64,000 nt of DNA from Gemmatimonas sp. (GTDB taxonomy: Bacteria; Gemmatimonadota; Gemmatimonadetes; Gemmatimonadales; Gemmatimonadaceae): contig JANNVQ010000038.1 of assembly GCA_031414535.1 (NCBI GenBank), positions 67,461-131,460 on the forward strand. The letters are read 5' to 3'. Positions within the stretch are counted from its first letter, which is position 1. Each line of letters starts with the position of its first letter. The notes under the pieces were generated by a model. That model made no database searches and was not told where the DNA came from. It was given only the letters and a program-made list of their open reading frames with translations. Both the position numbers and the translations under genes were made by a program. This document shows, in pieces, positions 49,747-58,648 of this stretch.

Positions 49747-49782
49747 TTGCCGTACAACCATATTGTTTGTATGGTTGTACGG
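49747..49782 (+). promoter_or_regulatory. Sigma70-like promoter overlapped by a 13-bp perfect inverted repeat (putative vapBC operator)
   Basis: TTGCCG(49747)-N17-TATGGT(49770); CCGTACAACCATA (49750-49762) / TATGGTTGTACGG (49770-49782). Confidence 0.7.
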
Positions 49783-49783
49783 T

Positions 49784-50017
49784 ATGAAGACCACACTTCT
49801 GCTTGATGACCAGATCTTCGCCCGGCTGAAGCGCGAAGCGGCGAAGCGCGGCGAGACGATGTCTGGGCTAGTGGAGACGGCGCTCCGTCGGCTTTTCGAG
49901 GAGCATCCAAAGCGGCCCAGCACTACCCTGCCTCCTCTGCCCTCCTTCCAAGGCGGCGCAGCCAGCGTAGACATCAGCGATCGCGACGCACTCTTCGAGC
50001 GTATGGGCGGTCGCTGA
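49784..50017 (+). CDS. vapB: Ribbon-helix-helix antitoxin
   Basis: MKTTLLLDDQIFARLKREAAKRGETMSGLVETALR (RHH pattern); immediately upstream of a PIN gene. Confidence 0.85.
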   Translation: MKTTLLLDDQIFARLKREAAKRGETMSGLVETALRRLFEEHPKRPSTTLPPLPSFQGGAASVDISDRDALFERMGGR

Positions 50018-50464
50018 GTGTACGTCGTGGACACCAACGTGCTCATCTACGCCGCCAACAGCAGCGCGGCGGAGCACTCCAAGTGCCGGCAGGTGTTGGA
50101 CACGCTGCGCTCGGGACCCAACGCATGGTACCTCACGTGGGGCATCTGCTTTGAATTCCTGCGCGTCGTCACGCATCCGCGGGTTTTTGCAGCCCCGTGG
50201 ACTGCAAATGACGCATGGGGCTTCATCGAGGTCTTACTGAGCTCTCCGGGATGCCGAATGCTTTCAGTTGAACCATCGCATGCGGCGGTCGTGCGCGCAC
50301 TGGTTGCCGACTCCGGCGATCTCCGCGGAAACATCTGGCATGACGCCGAGACCGTTGCCCTGATGAAAGGCTCGGGAATTCGTCGTGTTATCACGCGAGA
50401 CAGCGACTTCCACAGGTTTTCGGGAATCGAAGTGCTCGACCCACTGCAAATGGAGTTCACGTAA
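50018..50464 (+). CDS. vapC: PIN-domain ribonuclease toxin
   Basis: VDTNVLIYA, EFLRVVTHPR, GNIWHDA, TRDSDFHRF (acidic tetrad). Confidence 0.92.
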   Translation: MYVVDTNVLIYAANSSAAEHSKCRQVLDTLRSGPNAWYLTWGICFEFLRVVTHPRVFAAPWTANDAWGFIEVLLSSPGCRMLSVEPSHAAVVRALVADSGDLRGNIWHDAETVALMKGSGIRRVITRDSDFHRFSGIEVLDPLQMEFT

Positions 50465-51888
50465 TGCGGCGCTCTCTAGTACTTGGCCTGGTGTTGACGC
50501 TTTCCGCAAACCAGACGGCGATGGCTCAATCCAACGCCGCGCCCACCGCCGCCCTCGCCCGCGAACTTCTCGCCGAGATGGTACGCGCCCGCACGCTCGA
50601 CACGAGCAACCTGACCCCGCTCAGCGAATCACTCGCCTCGCGCTTCCGCGCCGCCGGCTTCCCCGCCAACGACGTGATGGTCCTAGGCGCCGGCCCACGC
50701 AACCGCAACTTGGTCGTGCGCCTGCGCGGCCGCGACGCTTCCAAACCACCAATTCTATTTCTTGCGCACTTGGACGTCGTAGACGCCGAGACCGCGAGCT
50801 GGCGCACGAACCCCTGGGAACTCACCGAGCGCGACGGTCTGCTCTACGGCCGCGGCGTGCTCGACGACAAAGGCCCAGCCGCAACCATCGCCGCCGCCTT
50901 CCTCGAGGCCAAGCGCACGGGCTTCGTGCCCGAGCGCGATCTCCTCATGGCCCTCACCGCTGGTGAAGAGAGCGGCGTAGACAACGGCGTACTATGGCTG
51001 GTCAACAATCGCCCGGAGTTGGTGCGCGCCGAGTTCGTGGTAAACGCCGATGGTGGCGGTGGTGAGATGGAAGGCGGCCGCCGCATCGCCTTCAACGTGC
51101 AGGCCGCGGAGAAGGTGTACTTGGACGTAACGCTCACAGTGCGCGGACCGGGCGGGCACAGCTCTATCCCTGACGGCCCTAATCCGATTGAGCGACTCTC
51201 CAACGGCGTGGCCCGTCTCGCGCGCTACGAGTTCCCCGTGAACATCACGCCGGTGGTGCGCGCCTATCTCAACTCGCGCGCTCCCATGACGCCCGGCGCG
51301 CTCGGCCAAGCGATGGCCGCGCTCTACCGCAATCCTCAGGACTTTCAGGCCGCGCGCGTGCTCTCCTCTACGCCTACCACCAACGCGCTTATTCGTACCA
51401 CCTGCATCACTACGCTCTTTGACGCGGGTACGGCGCCCAATGCGATTCCGGCCTCGGCCACGGCAAACGTCAACTGCCGCGTAATACCGGGCGAGCGGCA
51501 GGAGCAGATCATCGAAGCCATCCGCGCGGCCATTGCAGATCCGGCGGTAGAGATGACCGTGCGCGAACCGATGAAGCCGAGCGATCCGTCACTCATGACG
51601 CCTGCGCTGCGCACCGTACTCGAGTCCACGGTCACCGAACTCTACGGACCGCTGCCCGTCATCACCTATATGGAGATGGGCGCCACAGACGGCATCTACC
51701 TGCGCAATGCAGGCATCCCGGTGTTTGGCATCATCGGATTGTTTGCGCCAAACGATGCGCTCGAGTCATTGCACGGCAACAACGAACGCGTCCCGGTTGC
51801 CGCCTACGATCAGTCCGCCGAGTTTATGCGGCGCTTGGTCCGGCGCCTGGGTGGCGCAAGCGGTGCATCCAGCGCACCGCAGCGCTGA
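50464..51888 (+). CDS. Exported M20/M25/M40 metallopeptidase
   Basis: Signal peptide; LAHLDVV, GRGVLDDKG, GEESG, GGHSS, GATDG, HGNNER. Confidence 0.92.
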   Translation: MRRSLVLGLVLTLSANQTAMAQSNAAPTAALARELLAEMVRARTLDTSNLTPLSESLASRFRAAGFPANDVMVLGAGPRNRNLVVRLRGRDASKPPILFLAHLDVVDAETASWRTNPWELTERDGLLYGRGVLDDKGPAATIAAAFLEAKRTGFVPERDLLMALTAGEESGVDNGVLWLVNNRPELVRAEFVVNADGGGGEMEGGRRIAFNVQAAEKVYLDVTLTVRGPGGHSSIPDGPNPIERLSNGVARLARYEFPVNITPVVRAYLNSRAPMTPGALGQAMAALYRNPQDFQAARVLSSTPTTNALIRTTCITTLFDAGTAPNAIPASATANVNCRVIPGERQEQIIEAIRAAIADPAVEMTVREPMKPSDPSLMTPALRTVLESTVTELYGPLPVITYMEMGATDGIYLRNAGIPVFGIIGLFAPNDALESLHGNNERVPVAAYDQSAEFMRRLVRRLGGASGASSAPQR

Positions 51889-52876
51889 ACACCAGCACGC
51901 CCACCAGCTGATGGATGGCGCCGAGCCACACGGGCACGGCGAGCAGGAGCGTGGCGATGCCGAGCGCAGTTTGGAGCAGTACGCCATTCCGCAGCATATT
52001 GAGCATCGCGAGTGATTCCCCCGTGAGCGCCTTGGCGCCGCGGAAGGCAATCGCGAAGATCAACAGCGCCACACCAACGCCCAACCAGCGATGGTGGAAC
52101 TGCGCCGCAATCGGATTCTGCGTGGCGTTGGTGAGGAAGCCCGAGATGCTTGCGTAGCCCGTCGGAAAGAGCTCACCGGCCATCAGCGGGAAGGTATTGT
52201 AGCTCTTCCCCGCGCGGAGCCCCGCCACGAAGGCACCGGCAACAATCGTTGACATCACCAGCACAGCGGCGAGCACGCTGGTCCGGCGCCAGCCAGTGCT
52301 CGGAGTCTGCTCAAGCGGCCGCTCGCGAAGATCCTCGTGCGTCCACAGCGCCACCGCGAGAATCGCCAACGCGAGCGAGAGATGCATCGCCAGTCGTACC
52401 GCCGACACTTCCGTGCGATCGGCGAGCCCGCTCTGCACCATGTACCAGCCCAAGAAGCCTTGGCAGAGCGTGAGGAAGGGCAACCAGGCTAGGCGCCACC
52501 AGAGCGGCCGCGGCAGCATGCCCTTCGCCCAGAACCAGAGGAAGGGAATGGCGAACACGAGCCCCACGCCGCGCGCCACGATGCGGTGGAACCACTCCCA
52601 CCAGTAGATGAATTTGAACTCGCCCATCGTGATGCCCGCATGCGTGGTCTGCGCCTGCGGGATCTGCTGGAACATCTCCAGCGCACGATTCCAATCGGCG
52701 TCATTCATCGGCGGGAGCACGCCAGACACCGGCCGCCACTCCGTGATGGAGAGTCCGCTTTCGGTGAGGCGCGTGATGCCACCCACGCACACGGCGAGAA
52801 AAACAGCGCCGATGCAGACGAGCATCCAGCGGCGAAGCGCCACATGCGGCGCTAGAGTAGAGCGAGTTGTAGTCAT
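51824..52876 (-). CDS. ctaA: Heme A synthase (COX15/CtaA type 2)
   Basis: VGGITRLTESGLSITEW, FIYWWEWFHR, GWYMVQSGL, RLAMHL, QFHHR, HQ. Confidence 0.94.
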   Translation of the reverse strand: MTTTRSTLAPHVALRRWMLVCIGAVFLAVCVGGITRLTESGLSITEWRPVSGVLPPMNDADWNRALEMFQQIPQAQTTHAGITMGEFKFIYWWEWFHRIVARGVGLVFAIPFLWFWAKGMLPRPLWWRLAWLPFLTLCQGFLGWYMVQSGLADRTEVSAVRLAMHLSLALAILAVALWTHEDLRERPLEQTPSTGWRRTSVLAAVLVMSTIVAGAFVAGLRAGKSYNTFPLMAGELFPTGYASISGFLTNATQNPIAAQFHHRWLGVGVALLIFAIAFRGAKALTGESLAMLNMLRNGVLLQTALGIATLLLAVPVWLGAIHQLVGVLVFSAAVRWMHRLRHPGAGPSAA

Positions 52877-52968
52877 CCGGGGTCAGTGGACGATAGTCAG
52901 ATGGCCTCGGCGGTGCTATCTCTATTGGTCGTTCCAAGCTGGTTCCTAACCCAGAACTAGGACAAAGT

Positions 52969-54207
52969 ATGACTGCTCCCCTCGGCGTCGGATTCATCGG
53001 TTCAGGCTTCAACACCCGCTTTCACATCCAGGGCTGGAACGGAGTGCGCGACGCAGACGTTGTCGGCGTCTGGTCGCCCAATGCGGCCAACGCGGCAAGC
53101 GCCGCCAAGCTCGCGCGTGACCTCGATGTGGGCCAAGCCAAGGCCTACAAGAGCATCACGGCGATGGTCGCTGACCCGCGTATCGAGGCGCTCTGGCTCT
53201 GCGGCCCCAATCAGGCGCGCATCGAGAACGTCGAGGAGATTGTTCACGCCATCAAGAGCGGTAAAGGCACCCTCAAAGGCCTCGCCTGTGAGAAGCCGCT
53301 GGCCCGCAACGTGCGCGAAGCCGAGGAAGTGCATCGTCTCGTGAAGAGCGTCGGGCTCAAGACGGGTTATTTGGAGAACCAGCTTTTCGCGCCGCACGTC
53401 GAGGCCGGCAAGAAGCTGCTCTGGGCGCGCGGTGCCGCCACCACGGGCCGTCCCTACCTCGCCCGAGCCGCCGAAGAGCACAGCGGTCCGCACGCGCCTT
53501 GGTTTTGGAATGGCGCTCAGCAAGGCGGCGGCGTACTCAACGATATGATGTGCCACTCCGCGCTCGTCGTGCGGCACCTGCTCACCGAGCCGGGCAAGCC
53601 GCTATCCAGCGTGAAGCCCGTGCGCATCACCGGGCACATCGCGTCACTTAAGTGGTCGCGCCCGGCCTACGTCAAGAAGCTTCAAGCAGAGATGGGACGC
53701 GCCATCGACTACTCCAAGCGCCCCAGCGAAGACTTTGCGAGCGTGCTGATTGAGTTCAAGACGGCTGATGGCTACAAAGTCATCGGTGAGGCCAGCACGT
53801 CGTGGAGCTTCGTCGGCGCGGGCCTGCGTTTGAGCGCCGAGTTGCTTGGCCCCGAGTACTCCATGAAGTGGAACTCACTCGACAGCGGCCTCAATCTCTT
53901 CTTCTCGCGCGAAGTCACGGGCCGCGCTGGCGAAGACTTGGTGGAAAAGCAGAACGCCGAGCAGGGCGTGATGCCGGTGGTGCCTGAGGAGTATGCGGCG
54001 TACGGCTACACGAATGAGGATCGCCACTTCGTGCGTGTCTTTCAGGGCAAGGAGAAGGCGATGCTCGACTTCGCCGATGGCGTGGAGGTCGTGAAGATGC
54101 TGATGACGGCTTACCGCTCGGCGGAGGAAGGCCGCACGCTGGCGTATCCGAGTCGCGGCATCGACAAGTTTGTACCGAAGGTGGCGAGGGGCACGTGGCG
54201 GCCGTAG
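52969..54207 (+). CDS. Gfo/Idh/MocA oxidoreductase (cytoplasmic)
   Basis: VGFIGSG, CEKPLA, GGGVLNDMMCH. Confidence 0.9.
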   Translation: MTAPLGVGFIGSGFNTRFHIQGWNGVRDADVVGVWSPNAANAASAAKLARDLDVGQAKAYKSITAMVADPRIEALWLCGPNQARIENVEEIVHAIKSGKGTLKGLACEKPLARNVREAEEVHRLVKSVGLKTGYLENQLFAPHVEAGKKLLWARGAATTGRPYLARAAEEHSGPHAPWFWNGAQQGGGVLNDMMCHSALVVRHLLTEPGKPLSSVKPVRITGHIASLKWSRPAYVKKLQAEMGRAIDYSKRPSEDFASVLIEFKTADGYKVIGEASTSWSFVGAGLRLSAELLGPEYSMKWNSLDSGLNLFFSREVTGRAGEDLVEKQNAEQGVMPVVPEEYAAYGYTNEDRHFVRVFQGKEKAMLDFADGVEVVKMLMTAYRSAEEGRTLAYPSRGIDKFVPKVARGTWRP

Positions 54208-54890
54208 CGTGGCGGGCCCTCCCGCTCGTTGCCATCGCGCTGTTGCCGTCTGAACTGTGGGCGCACGGCGTCACGGCAGGCGACAAGGGTTTCATCCAAG
54301 AAGTGTCCGGGGTCTTGCTCGTCCCCTTCAGCTATCTCGGCGCTAAGCATATGGTCACCGGTTACGACCACCTGCTATTTCTCTTCGGCGTCATATTCTT
54401 TCTGTACCGGCTGCGCGACATCGGCCTCTATGTCACGCTCTTCGCCATCGGGCACTCGGTCACGCTAATCGCTGGAGTGATCTTCGAGGTCAGCGTCAGC
54501 GCTTTCCTCGTGGACGCAGTCATTGGGCTCTCGATCGTCTACAAATCACTCGACAACATCGGCGCCTTTCCGCGGTGGTTCGGTGTGCAGCCGGACGCGC
54601 GCGTCGCCACGCTCGGCTTTGGGTTGATCCACGGGCTCGGGCTCGCCACCAAGATCCTTGACTACGAAGTGTCGCCGGACGGCCTCGTGCCGAATCTCGT
54701 GGCGTTCAACGTGGGCGTGGAGATTGGGCAGCTGCTCGCACTCTCCGCGATCCTCATCGTGATGTCGTACTGGCGTCGCACCACGAGCTTCGCGCGCCAC
54801 GCCTACACGGTCAACATCGTCACGATGTCTGCCGGATTCCTCCTCGCCGGGTACCAGATCGCCGGCTACCTACTCGTCGAAACCCTCTGA
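54195..54890 (+). CDS. HupE/UreJ-family membrane protein
   Basis: AHGV, LGAKHMVTGYDHLLFL, FAIGHSVTL, FGLIHGLG, FNVGVEIGQ. Confidence 0.9.
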   Translation: MAAVAWRALPLVAIALLPSELWAHGVTAGDKGFIQEVSGVLLVPFSYLGAKHMVTGYDHLLFLFGVIFFLYRLRDIGLYVTLFAIGHSVTLIAGVIFEVSVSAFLVDAVIGLSIVYKSLDNIGAFPRWFGVQPDARVATLGFGLIHGLGLATKILDYEVSPDGLVPNLVAFNVGVEIGQLLALSAILIVMSYWRRTTSFARHAYTVNIVTMSAGFLLAGYQIAGYLLVETL

Positions 54891-54900
54891 GCGCCCCTCA

Positions 54901-55527
54901 ATGACGAACATTCAGAATCCCGACCCGCGGGACCAGCCCTCGGCGTCACGGCTGCTGCGCTCCACGGCGATCGCACTTGCCACCGCCATTGTAATTCTCG
55001 TGGTGGCGGTGCTGCCGGCCGAGTACGGCGTGGATCCCACTGGCCTTGGCCGCGTGCTCGGGCTGACGGAGATGGGTGAAATCAAGATGTCGCTCGCCCG
55101 CGAGGCCGCCGCCGATGAGGCCGCAGATGCTGAGGCACAGGCAGCGGCGGAGGCGGAGGCCGTTGCCGTTCCCACTGCAGCCTCCACGCCAACGGCGGCA
55201 TCAGGGTGGACGGACGAGACCATCGTTCCGCTCGCACCGGGCGAGGGGAAAGAAGTGAAGCTCGTGATGGCGAAGGGCGCAGTCGCGGAGTTCTCCTGGG
55301 CCGCCACGGGCGGCGGCGTGAACTACGACATGCATGGTGACTCAGTCAACGCACCCAATAGCTACTACAGCTACGCCAAGGCCAATGGGGTGGAAAGCGA
55401 TAGCGGGTCAGTCACCGCCGCATTCGATGGATCGCACGGCTGGTTCTGGCGGAACCGCACCGCGCGCCCGGTGGCCATTACGCTCCGGACGCGCGGTGCC
55501 TACACCGAACTCAAACGGATGTACTGA
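54901..55527 (+). CDS. Membrane-anchored hypothetical protein of the type found next to HupE/UreJ genes
   Basis: One TM plus VLPAEYGVDPTG.G..LGLT; YDMHGD; FDGSHGWFWRNR. Confidence 0.8.
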   Translation: MTNIQNPDPRDQPSASRLLRSTAIALATAIVILVVAVLPAEYGVDPTGLGRVLGLTEMGEIKMSLAREAAADEAADAEAQAAAEAEAVAVPTAASTPTAASGWTDETIVPLAPGEGKEVKLVMAKGAVAEFSWAATGGGVNYDMHGDSVNAPNSYYSYAKANGVESDSGSVTAAFDGSHGWFWRNRTARPVAITLRTRGAYTELKRMY

Positions 55528-55530
55528 GCG

Positions 55531-56373
55531 TCAGCGCACTTGGAAGGTGATGGTGGCCCACTTCGATTCGTAGTCAACGCCGCCGCGATTGACGCGGACC
55601 ATGTTGATGAACTTTACGTAGTACACGCCGGCTGCGGTCAATGGAATGCTGGCGATGCCCCGCGCGTCGGAGCGTACGCTCTGCTGCTCCATCTGGGCGT
55701 CGTTGGCATTCGTGCCGCCATACATTACGAGCTGGTTGGCCGCGGGTTGGCCGTCCACTAGGGTGCGAACGCGCAAGGTAGCACCGCGCTGCAGCGAGTA
55801 CGGATTTTCCATCGGCATCAACTCGGCTGGATATCCCATCGCCGTGGCGTAGAGATTGCTTCTGGTGTCACCAACCTGCAGGAAGGCCTTCACGTGCTTG
55901 TGATAGCGTTCGCGTGCAGGGCGGTTGAGTTCGCCGGCACTCCGACGCGCCTCAAGCACGTCGGGAATGCCGTCGGACTCCAGATAGAGATTGAAGTCGT
56001 CTGCCGAGAGGTCAATCTCGCTCGGCTTGGTGGAGACGCCGATGACGTACGTACCCGCCGAACGCGTGTGGATGTGGAAGGTGCTCGTGTCGCCGCGGAC
56101 ACCCCATTCGGCCGTATCGAGTTGCACCCGCCCGCGCGGCGTGAGCACGCTCGCGTCGGCTAGGCGGTTTCGCGCGATTGAGTTTTCGCTGAGGATGAAC
56201 GTGCCGTTCAGGAGCCGCACGCGAACTTCAGCATTTTCCGGCGCGAAGTACCGGGTTGGCTTGATGAACATATCATGCGCGCCGGCAATACCGGTGGCGA
56301 CCAGCACCAAGGACAGCGCAGCGAGCGCGGCGCGGCGAACCATCGGGGACACGCGGGGAGTTGAACGGCGCAT
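55531..56373 (-). CDS. DUF4198-family exported protein (putative Ni/Co uptake component)
   Basis: Signal peptide ending AGA-HDMFIKP; FNLYLESDG; ERYHKHVKA; ELMPMENPY; YESKWATITF. Confidence 0.82.
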   Translation of the reverse strand: MRRSTPRVSPMVRRAALAALSLVLVATGIAGAHDMFIKPTRYFAPENAEVRVRLLNGTFILSENSIARNRLADASVLTPRGRVQLDTAEWGVRGDTSTFHIHTRSAGTYVIGVSTKPSEIDLSADDFNLYLESDGIPDVLEARRSAGELNRPARERYHKHVKAFLQVGDTRSNLYATAMGYPAELMPMENPYSLQRGATLRVRTLVDGQPAANQLVMYGGTNANDAQMEQQSVRSDARGIASIPLTAAGVYYVKFINMVRVNRGGVDYESKWATITFQVR

Positions 56374-56487
56374 CGGCAATCCTTGAGGAGTGGGGTACCA
56401 CGAGGGTGGCGAAGGTAGCGCCCGCTGGCGTCGTCCGCTAGCGGACTCCGCGCGGCACTCGATGTGATGGCAGCAAGCCCCTGACAC

Positions 56488-57132
56488 TCAGCGCGGAAAC
56501 GCCTCGCGCAGTCCGGCGACCACTAAACCATCAAACGCACGGGCGTGCAGCGACTGCACGCCCGTTTGCGTGACCAGCTCCCGCGCGTTGTGCGCCCGCA
56601 CGCCACCACCAGCGAGAATCCCGATGCGCCCGGCGGCGCGCTGCACGTGCCGACGCAGAGTCGCCGCGCCCTCAAAGGCAGTGGCTGCGTGTCCAGAGGT
56701 CAGGACCTCGTGCACGCCGAGCGCGATCAGCTGATCCAGCGCTGCATCTGCATCGGGCGTGCGATCAAAGGCGCGATGGCAAACCACGCGCATCCCGCGC
56801 GCGAGTTCCACAAGCTCGGCCATCCAACCCAGGTGCAAGCGCCCGTCCTGATGCAAAGCCGCGAGTACGACTCCGCTCGCACCGAGCTCTCGCATGCGCG
56901 GCACATCGCGGCGAATTTCCTCGTACTCAGCTAAGCTGAAGAAGAAATCCCCGGGCCGCGGCCGCACCATCACGTGCACCGGCACGCTCACAACGCGCAG
57001 CACCCCGCGTAGTAGTTCATCCGAGGGCGTCAGCCCACCCTCCCCCGGCCCGCAGAGCTCCAACCGATCAGCACCCTCCCCCACCGCGATAGCAGCTTGC
57101 TCGGGAGTTTCTACGTAGGCCTCGATTAGCAT
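56488..57132 (-). CDS. cutC: Copper homeostasis protein CutC
   Basis: GADRLELC, GGLTPS, VMVRPRPGDF, HRAFD, VLTSG, GGGV. Confidence 0.92.
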   Translation of the reverse strand: MLIEAYVETPEQAAIAVGEGADRLELCGPGEGGLTPSDELLRGVLRVVSVPVHVMVRPRPGDFFFSLAEYEEIRRDVPRMRELGASGVVLAALHQDGRLHLGWMAELVELARGMRVVCHRAFDRTPDADAALDQLIALGVHEVLTSGHAATAFEGAATLRRHVQRAAGRIGILAGGGVRAHNARELVTQTGVQSLHARAFDGLVVAGLREAFPR

Positions 57133-57155
57133 TTGTACATTTTGAAAAGAGGGCA

Positions 57156-57278
57156 TTCACCACGAAGGCACGAAGGGTCCCGTGCAGACTATCGGTCCCG
57201 CAACGCCAAAGAAGAATTGCTTCTTGGCATCGCGGGACCGAAAGATCGTTGCGATTCCCTTCGTGCCTTCGTGGTGAA
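57156..57278. repeat. REP/MITE-like element with 22-bp terminal inverted repeats (copy 2)
   Basis: TTCACCACGAAGGCACGAAGGG (57156-57177) / CCCTTCGTGCCTTCGTGGTGAA (57257-57278), perfect; inner hairpin 57192-57241. Confidence 0.9.
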
Positions 57279-57284
57279 AAGCAG

Positions 57285-58640
57285 TTACAGCGACCACCCA
57301 GACCTATAAACCGGATTCACCCAATCATTCGGCGGCGTCACGTTCGTGATGGCGCCAGTCTCCGGGTTCAGCTCCAAAGCCTGTCCCATGCGCGTCGCAA
57401 GGCAACCCAAGAGAATCATCTCCGTCATCGGCGCCGCATAGCCGGCAAACGAACTTCCGGGCTGCGTGCCCGCCTTGCAGGCTTCAATCCACTCAGCGTA
57501 CACACCGCCAGTGCGTGGATACTTCACAGGGAGCGGGTTCGCCTTCAGGTCAGCCCAAGCCGCGTCATTCACAAGACGCGGATTTTCAGAGTAGGTGCCC
57601 GCCACAATCATGCCCTTGCTGCCGTACCAGAGCTGACCGCCGGTGGCAGAGTACGGCCAATCGAGCGATTCAGGCCAGCCCATGGGCTTCGGCGGCAGCA
57701 ACCCACCATCACGCCAGACGAGCGTGACTGGGCCGCGCGCTCCGATGGCCGGAAATTCGTAGGTGATGCGCTCCTGCGCCGGTGCGGTCTCTGAGAACAG
57801 CTGCGTGCTCTCCGGAGTCACCCGCGACGGATACTTGAGCCCCAATGCCCAGTATGGCGCGTCCATGATGTGGCAGGCCATATCGCCCATCGCGCCGGTA
57901 CCGAAGTCCCACCAACCGCGCCAATTGAACGGCGCATACGCCGGATTGTACGGACGCTCGGCGGCGGGGCCGAGCCAGAGATTCCAATCCAAGGTGGCCG
58001 GCGTGTTGTGCGCCATGGACTGACGATTGATCGCCTGCGGCCAGATTGGACGATTGGTCCAGAAATCAATGTGCCGCACCTCGCCAATCACGCCGCCTTC
58101 CACCCACTCGCGAATGAGGCGAATGCCTTCCTGTGCGTGGCCCTGGTTGCCCATCTGCGTGGACTGCTGGGGACGGCGCGCTGCTTCCGCAGAGAGTGCG
58201 CGGCATTCGCCAATCAATCGCGCCAGCGGCTTCTGGCAGTACACGTGCTTGCCCATCTTGAGCGCCATCATGGCCGCGGCCGCGTGCGAGTGGTCCGGTG
58301 TGGAGATGGTGACCGCGTCAATGTTGTTGCGCTCCTTCTCCAGCATCTCGCGATAATCCTTGTAGCGCTTGGCATTGGGAAACTCGCGGAACGCGCGCTC
58401 CGCCGAACGCCAATCCACGTCAGCGAAGGCCACGAGTTGCTCGCCAGATACGCCGCGCACATCGGAGAGGCCCATGCCGCCCACACCGATGCAGGCGATG
58501 CGCAGTTTGTCGCGGCCCTGAGGCTTGGGCGCCGGCTCCCGCTCACCGAGGGCATGCAATGGGCTCGGGATGGCAGCCAAGGCACCGGCGGCGGCGAGTC
58601 CTGTCACTACGGTACGACGGTCCACAGAACGATTGGACAT
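57285..58640 (-). CDS. Tat-exported Gfo/Idh/MocA oxidoreductase
   Basis: DRRTVV Tat-like motif; IACIGVGGMG, STPDHSH, YCQKPL, QMGNQ, WRGWWDFGTGAMGDMACH. Confidence 0.92.
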   Translation of the reverse strand: MSNRSVDRRTVVTGLAAAGALAAIPSPLHALGEREPAPKPQGRDKLRIACIGVGGMGLSDVRGVSGEQLVAFADVDWRSAERAFREFPNAKRYKDYREMLEKERNNIDAVTISTPDHSHAAAAMMALKMGKHVYCQKPLARLIGECRALSAEAARRPQQSTQMGNQGHAQEGIRLIREWVEGGVIGEVRHIDFWTNRPIWPQAINRQSMAHNTPATLDWNLWLGPAAERPYNPAYAPFNWRGWWDFGTGAMGDMACHIMDAPYWALGLKYPSRVTPESTQLFSETAPAQERITYEFPAIGARGPVTLVWRDGGLLPPKPMGWPESLDWPYSATGGQLWYGSKGMIVAGTYSENPRLVNDAAWADLKANPLPVKYPRTGGVYAEWIEACKAGTQPGSSFAGYAAPMTEMILLGCLATRMGQALELNPETGAITNVTPPNDWVNPVYRSGWSL

Positions 58641-58648
58641 CACAAGCC

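Noticed and set aside
56374..56487. Possible metal-sensing riboswitch before DUF4198
   Set aside because: No recognisable NiCo or cobalamin consensus; only short GC stems.
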